A program made the translations under genes and the position numbers. Positions 59,018-64,000 of a stretch of 64,000 bases of DNA are shown here, one piece after another. The DNA lies in NCBI GenBank assembly GCA_038143065.1, contig JAYQLI010000035.1, forward strand, positions 832,001 through 896,000, in the 5' to 3' direction. Origin of the DNA: Rhodospirillales bacterium (lineage in GTDB: Bacteria; Pseudomonadota; Alphaproteobacteria; Bin95). Each line of letters starts with the position of its first letter. The stretch's first letter is position 1. The notes beneath the pieces were generated by a model. It saw only the letters and a program-made list of their open reading frames with translations. It ran no database searches and had not been told where the DNA came from.

Positions 59018-60210
59018 TTACTGCGACTTAGCAGCACTAATTGGCAATTTAACCACTACCTCTGACGTTATCCCTCCTCTTTTAACACTGAAAGGTAGCC
59101 AGGCCCCCCAAGTATGAGCGCGTATTATACGCCTCAGATCTGATGCTGCTGTAACCTCCAAGCCAGCAGCTTTAATTACAACATCCCCAGGTAAAAAGCC
59201 GGCTGCTGCGGCCGGAGAGTTGTCCAAAACACGCTTAACCAACGCTCCTCCATCCTGAGCGTCCTCTATGATGACACCTATCCGTGGTCGATGCGTATGA
59301 GCCGTTTCAGCAACGGCAGGGCCGTTTGGTAGGAAATAAATATAATCTGCAATCGGACGATCAGCTTCATCATGAGCTAAATTACAATCCTGATCTGAAA
59401 TCAAGGATATAGCACTAACAATTTTTTCTATTCCCAGATCAGCGAGCTGATGCTCAATACCATAACCGTATTCAACATGCCCTCGTCCAGCAAAGGCTAT
59501 CGGCAGTCGATCTGGATAGTCAATTAATTGCTGTGCTATCCCCTCGGCAAAAGACCTATCCCATAGAAGTTGAGCCTCTTCAAAATACTGCAAGTTTTTC
59601 TGATGCTCGCCACCAGTTGGTGCACCCAAAGACGCCTTCATTCGGAATATTTTTTTAGCCACTTACGATATTCAGGCAAAGCGGGAGCAGGGTTACCAAT
59701 TCCCTGCCTATCTTCTTTCTCGATTTGGTCCCAGCCCTCTTTACTCACACGTCGAACAAGAGATCGATCAATATTTAGAGCTTTTGATGGCGCAGCCTGA
59801 ATTCTTGGAAGACGTAAAACCGGATCATATGACCTAGCATCATAGCCCCAATTTGATTCCCAATCAGACGAGAGCAAAAACTCCTTCAAATCCAGATCAC
59901 CTTGTGACCAAGAATCAAGGGCTGGCTGCGAAGACCGTGGAAACATCTCATAACCATACTGAGCCGGCCGCAAAGAAGATAAAGTTGTAGCAGTGGCCGC
60001 CTGCCATAGCTGTATGTCTGGAACACCATGACTTTCCCCCAGCAAGACAACATCAGCATTCGCCATCTTCTGGAACACTTCCTGCACAGGCACAGGAACA
60101 CCGGTTCGACCATCAGCCCAAGTTCCTGGAGATAGGCACGATAACTGGTGAGCAAAAGCTGCCCCCCCAGATACAAGTACAAGGATTGTGCTTAAAACAA
60201 TTTTCATCAT
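59018..60210 (-). CDS. ChaN-family (EreA-like fold) protein with C-terminal PDZ domain (frameshift near 59655)
   Basis: VVLLGESH, GYEMF, AQLLWD, AGRGHVEYGYGI; PDZ segment IGV..VKRVLDNSPAAAAGFLPGDVV. Confidence 0.82.
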
Positions 60211-60245
60211 GCGATTTGAATTGGTTCAAACAGGTGCAAAAGCAA

Positions 60246-60276
60246 GCGGCCGTTTAAGACATACTTAAACGGCCGC
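60246..60276. terminator. Perfect 13-bp inverted repeat downstream of gdhA
   Basis: GCGGCCGTTTAAG-ACATA-CTTAAACGGCCGC, followed on the minus strand by TTGCTTTT. Confidence 0.75.
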
Positions 60277-60302
60277 CAATCTAACTCGGTTTTTCTTGAA
60301 TG

Positions 60303-61652
60303 CTAAATTGCGCCAAAAGCTAGCATTGCGTCCGCCACCTTACGGAAACCAGCAATATTCGCGCCCTTCATGTAATCCACGTAACCACCTCCTTGGTCAC
60401 CATATTCGACACAGGCTGCGTGAATGTTATGCATGATGTCCCGAAGCAGCTTTGAAAGTTCTTCTTCTTTCCAGGAAATATGAGCAGCATTTTGGCTCAT
60501 CTCCAGTCCAGAAGTCGCAACACCACCGGCGTTCGCCGCCTTTGACGGAGCGTAAAGAATTTTAGCCTCTAAATAATTATTAATACCGTCTATTGTTGTC
60601 GGCATGTTGGCGCCTTCAGAAACAGCCATACAGCCATTTTTAATCAATGCGGCTGCTTCATCAGCATTTATTTCATTCTGCGTTGCGCATGGAAGTGCCA
60701 CATCACAAGGAATATTCCAGGGCCTTGTTCCAGCATGGAACTCAGCTCCAAATTCAGTTGCATATTCTTCAATGCGCCCGCGCCGTTTCTCTTTGAGATC
60801 TTTAATCCACTGCAAGCGTTCGAGTGTGATTCCATCCTTATCGTAGATGAAGCCGCCTGAGTCTGAGAGGGTTAAAACTGTACCCCCACGGTGGATAATT
60901 TTTTCGGCTGCATGAGTTGCAACATTACCTGATCCGGAAATGACAGCTCTTTTCCCGTCAATTTCATTGCCCTTAGTGTGCAACATGTCTTCGAGCATAT
61001 AAACCGCGCCATATCCGGTAGCTTCGGGACGGAGCAATGAGCCACCAAACTCTCGGCCCTTGCCTGTTAGAACACCGTTAAACCTATTGGTCATTCGTTT
61101 GTACTGGCCAAACATAAATCCAATCTCACGGCCACCAACGCCAATGTCGCCCGCGGGAACATCGATATCTGGACCGACATATTTAGACAATTCAGTCATA
61201 AATGCCTGGCAGAAGCGCATAATTTCAGCCTCTGACTTACCTTTTGGATTGAAATCAGCGCCTCCTTTACCACCACCCATTGGCAGTTGGGTGAGGGAAT
61301 TTTTGAAAGTTTGCTCAAATCCCAAGAATTTTAAAACGGACTGGGTCACCGAGGGATGAAAACGAATGCCACCTTTATAAGGACCAATAGAGTTATTGAA
61401 CTGCACTCTATAGCCTCGATTTACACGAACATTACCTGCATCATCTTGCCAAGTAACTCTGAATGATATTGTCCGATCGGGCTCAGTCATCCGTTCGAGG
61501 ATCATCGCCTCTTTGTAAATAGGCTTATCGGCGATGTACGGCAGAATAGTGGCAGCTACTTCTTGGACGGCTTGGTGAAATTCTGTTTCTCCTGGATTAC
61601 GCTTGCGCACACCTTCCATAAATCCGTTTAAGTCTTCAGAACTGTTGGCCAT
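60303..61652 (-). CDS. gdhA: NADP-specific glutamate dehydrogenase
   Basis: GPYKGGIRFHP, GGGKGG, DVPAGDIGVG, RPEATGYG, GSGNVA. Confidence 0.96.
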   Translation of the reverse strand: MANSSEDLNGFMEGVRKRNPGETEFHQAVQEVAATILPYIADKPIYKEAMILERMTEPDRTISFRVTWQDDAGNVRVNRGYRVQFNNSIGPYKGGIRFHPSVTQSVLKFLGFEQTFKNSLTQLPMGGGKGGADFNPKGKSEAEIMRFCQAFMTELSKYVGPDIDVPAGDIGVGGREIGFMFGQYKRMTNRFNGVLTGKGREFGGSLLRPEATGYGAVYMLEDMLHTKGNEIDGKRAVISGSGNVATHAAEKIIHRGGTVLTLSDSGGFIYDKDGITLERLQWIKDLKEKRRGRIEEYATEFGAEFHAGTRPWNIPCDVALPCATQNEINADEAAALIKNGCMAVSEGANMPTTIDGINNYLEAKILYAPSKAANAGGVATSGLEMSQNAAHISWKEEELSKLLRDIMHNIHAACVEYGDQGGGYVDYMKGANIAGFRKVADAMLAFGAI

Positions 61653-61808
61653 ATCGTTTCCCCTTTAATTTTTTAAATAAAACTTTGTTTTATTTTTCTT
61701 ACTATCTCTTTGTATCAGCATCCCGCGAAGTTTTGATCAGGTCAATGTACCGGAATTACCTAAACTTGTTTAAAAGCGTTTTACTCAATCTGTCACAAAC
61801 TAGATTTC

Positions 61809-62662
61809 CTAGTCAGCCCATTGCTTTTCAAAATCCCACACATCTTCAAAACCCATGGAACGACTGAATTCCATAAAGTCAGCAAGCGGTGCTTCAGCAC
61901 CAATCGAAGAACCTGTTTCCTTTATCTGAGTGTAGACCGACTTGAGCGCTGCACCCACTGCAAGGAAACCAGCTCCGGGATAAATCGCAATATTATATCC
62001 AATACTCTGGTAGTCAGCTGCAGGTAAAACTGGGGTACTTCCGCCTTCAACGACGTTTACCAGTAGCATTGCATCAATTGATGTTCCAATCTTCTCCATT
62101 TCCTCAACGCTTTCTGGACTTTCCACGAAGACGATGTCCGCTCCTGCCTTGGCAAAAGCTTCACCTCGACGAATTGCTTCATCCAATCCGTGCCCTGTAC
62201 GAGCGTCTGTACGAGCTACAATCAGAAAATCGTCAGAGTCACGCGCTGAGACAGCAACTTTGATTTTCTTCAGCATGTCTTCAAGGGGATTACTCGGCGC
62301 ATAGGCGTATGCCCACACTTTTTTGGAAACTCTTGATCTTCGATTTGAATTCCAGCTGCACCAGCACCTTCGTAACCACGAACAGTATGCTCAACATTCA
62401 GTAACCCGCCGTAACCCGTATCACCATCAGCAATCATTGGGGTTTTTGCGATTGAGGTAAAAACCTTAACCCTTTCAACCATGTCTCTGTAACTTGCTAG
62501 ACCGGCGTCAGGAAGACCTAAATGGGAGCCAACTGTGCCGTATCCAGTCATGTACAAGGCATCAAAACCCATAGACTCAGCAATGCGAACAGAAATGCCA
62601 TCAAAAATTCCTGGAGCCGCAATAAACTCACCAGCGGCTAATTTCTGTTTCAATGTCGTCAT
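61809..62662 (-). CDS. Isocitrate lyase/PEP mutase family lyase (frameshift near 62285)
   Basis: YMTGYG, IADGDTGYG, IEDQEFPKKCGH, VARTDA. Confidence 0.9.
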
Positions 62663-62725
62663 TCCATTTCCCCATAGTCAAATTGAGATATTTGATCCAG
62701 AATACCTGAAAAAGGAGAAAGATAT

Positions 62726-63486
62726 ATGTCAGCAGAGATAACTGTTTTTTGGCAGCCTCATTGAACTAGCTGTTTAAGGGTTAAAGAATTCCTCTCGATC
62801 CGTGGGATTGAGTTCAAATCAGTTAATGTTGTTGAGGATGCAGACGGCTTAGCGGAGCTCCGGGCTTTAGGGGCTAGATCTGTGCCAGTTGTATCGCGAG
62901 GAGATAAGTTTGTCTTCGCTCAACTTATTAAAGATGTCGTCCAATTTCTTGATATAAAAGAAGATGTTGGACCAAAACTTTCTCCAGCAGAGCTTGTTGA
63001 AAGGGCAGATTTTATTTGGGAATCTGCAATACGCTATTGCAAACAAATGCCAGATACGTCACTCGACAAGGAATTACCAAATAGACCTCGTAGTTATCGA
63101 GTTCTTATGCATCACATTTTCCAGGTTCCAACATGTTTTCTCGAAGCACGAACTTCTGGCGATGTAATGTCCTATGAACGCCTCGTGGCACCACCTCCTG
63201 AAGGATGCGAGACTTCAAATGGTATTGCTCAATTTGGTGAGAATCTGCGTGCTGAGTTTGCCGCTTGGGCTAAAAACGAAGGTGAAAAGCTTGGGCAAGG
63301 CAAAATGCCTACTTATTACGGAGAACAACCAACTCACGAAGTGCTGGAGCGCACTGTGTGGCACTCAACCCAGCATGTTAGACAAGTAATGTCTCTTCTT
63401 GAGCGAGAGGAGTGGAAGTGGACCAACCGCTGGGCAAAGATGCTATAGCAGGGCTGCCTCTAACTGATAAAGTTTGGGATGATTAG
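62726..63486 (+). CDS. Glutaredoxin-like (UxxC) + DinB-like fusion, candidate selenoprotein (in-frame TGA at 62762-62764; frameshift near 63410)
   Basis: SD AAAGGAG, then MSAEITVFWQPH*TSCLRVKEFLSIRGIEFKSVNV..GARSVPVV in frame with ORF 62882. HHIF and WHSTQH His motifs; C-terminus ..AGLPLTDKVWDD*. Confidence 0.8.
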
Positions 63487-63529
63487 GCCCTCCTATTCAT
63501 CTTAAAGAAAATTTTAGTGCTTCTTAACC

Positions 63530-63577
63530 GCGCTAGCCAAAATCCCCTCCATAGTGGAGCCATTTTTGCGCTAGCGC
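63530..63577. terminator. Long imperfect hairpin between convergent genes
   Basis: GCGCTAGC-CAAAAT..CTCCA-TAG-TGGAG..ATTTTTG-C-GCTAGCGC followed by ATTTTTATTT. Confidence 0.65.
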
Positions 63578-63617
63578 ATTTTTATTTCCAGGCAAAACCT
63601 AACTAACCTTGTATGTA

Positions 63618-64000
63618 TTATAATGGACGTGGTCCTTGTAACATAAGACGGTACAAATACCGCTTTTCTTTCATGTCGTAATCCGGGTTCGCCTTATGCA
63701 ACAAAACTCGATTGTCCCACATGACAAAATCACCTTCTTCCCAACGATGTCGGTATTCATGCGTTATTTGGATGGAGTGCTCTAGAAGGTAGTCAAGAAG
63801 TGGTAACGCTTCTTCATCATCCATTCCAATTATCCGTTCAATACGGATTGGGTTGATGTAAATTGCCTTTCTTGCAGTCTCGTCATGAGTTCGAATTAAC
63901 GGGTGAGAAATACTTTTTCAATTTCAGCCTTACGCTTTTCTGTAAGCCCCACCAACTTTCTGGAACTATGGCTTGATTGATAGACATGCTCAGCTTTAAG
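63618..64000 (-). CDS. TauD/TfdA family dioxygenase, 3' part (frameshifted)
   Basis: HPLIRTHDETARKAIYINP, WEEGDFVMWDNRVLLHKA. Confidence 0.85.

Noticed and set aside
61790-61800. CTGTCAC Pho half-site upstream of gdhA
   Set aside because: Single half-site, no 11-bp repeat, and oriented away from gdhA.
348-63389. Numerous 60-180 aa ORFs antisense to or overlapping the called genes
   Set aside because: They are shadow frames of well-supported genes with no recognisable motifs.
2864-63486. Mass pseudogenization or programmed frameshifting in split genes
   Set aside because: It affects essential valS and complete operons. Shifts fall mostly in short homopolymers, and both halves keep intact motifs, which is typical of long-read error.

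Overview
Chromosomal segment of an alphaproteobacterium, inferred from the pcm-tolC-popZ-valS synteny, DUF4169 and the alpha-type leuA and pho operon. No integrase, IS, prophage or CRISPR array was seen. About 30 genes, including essential valS, are broken by 1-nt frameshifts, usually in short homopolymers, so this is almost certainly an unpolished long-read assembly; split ORFs were merged. The window runs through ispA/xseB, the phoR-pstSCAB-phoUB cluster with a Pho box, maeB, valS-popZ-tolC-pcm and tRNA-Cys/tRNA-Asn. About 40 kb of catabolic genes follow (Rieske and flavin oxygenases, two MmgE/PrpD proteins, CoA ligase and transferase, amidase, hydantoin enzymes, AtuA/DUF4387). Within this stretch lie an AT-rich uppS/MraY-like/ahcY block, leuA with an unannotated Leu-rich leader peptide, a ChaN-PDZ/M1-peptidase pair and gdhA. 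The most notable signal is at 62726-63486. The ORF track truncates this gene; it reads through an in-frame TGA at the first position of a glutaredoxin CxxC motif (WQPH-U-TSC), has a candidate SECIS hairpin, and is fused to a DinB-like His-triad domain. It is a candidate selenoprotein, but a TGC>TGA sequencing error must be excluded.
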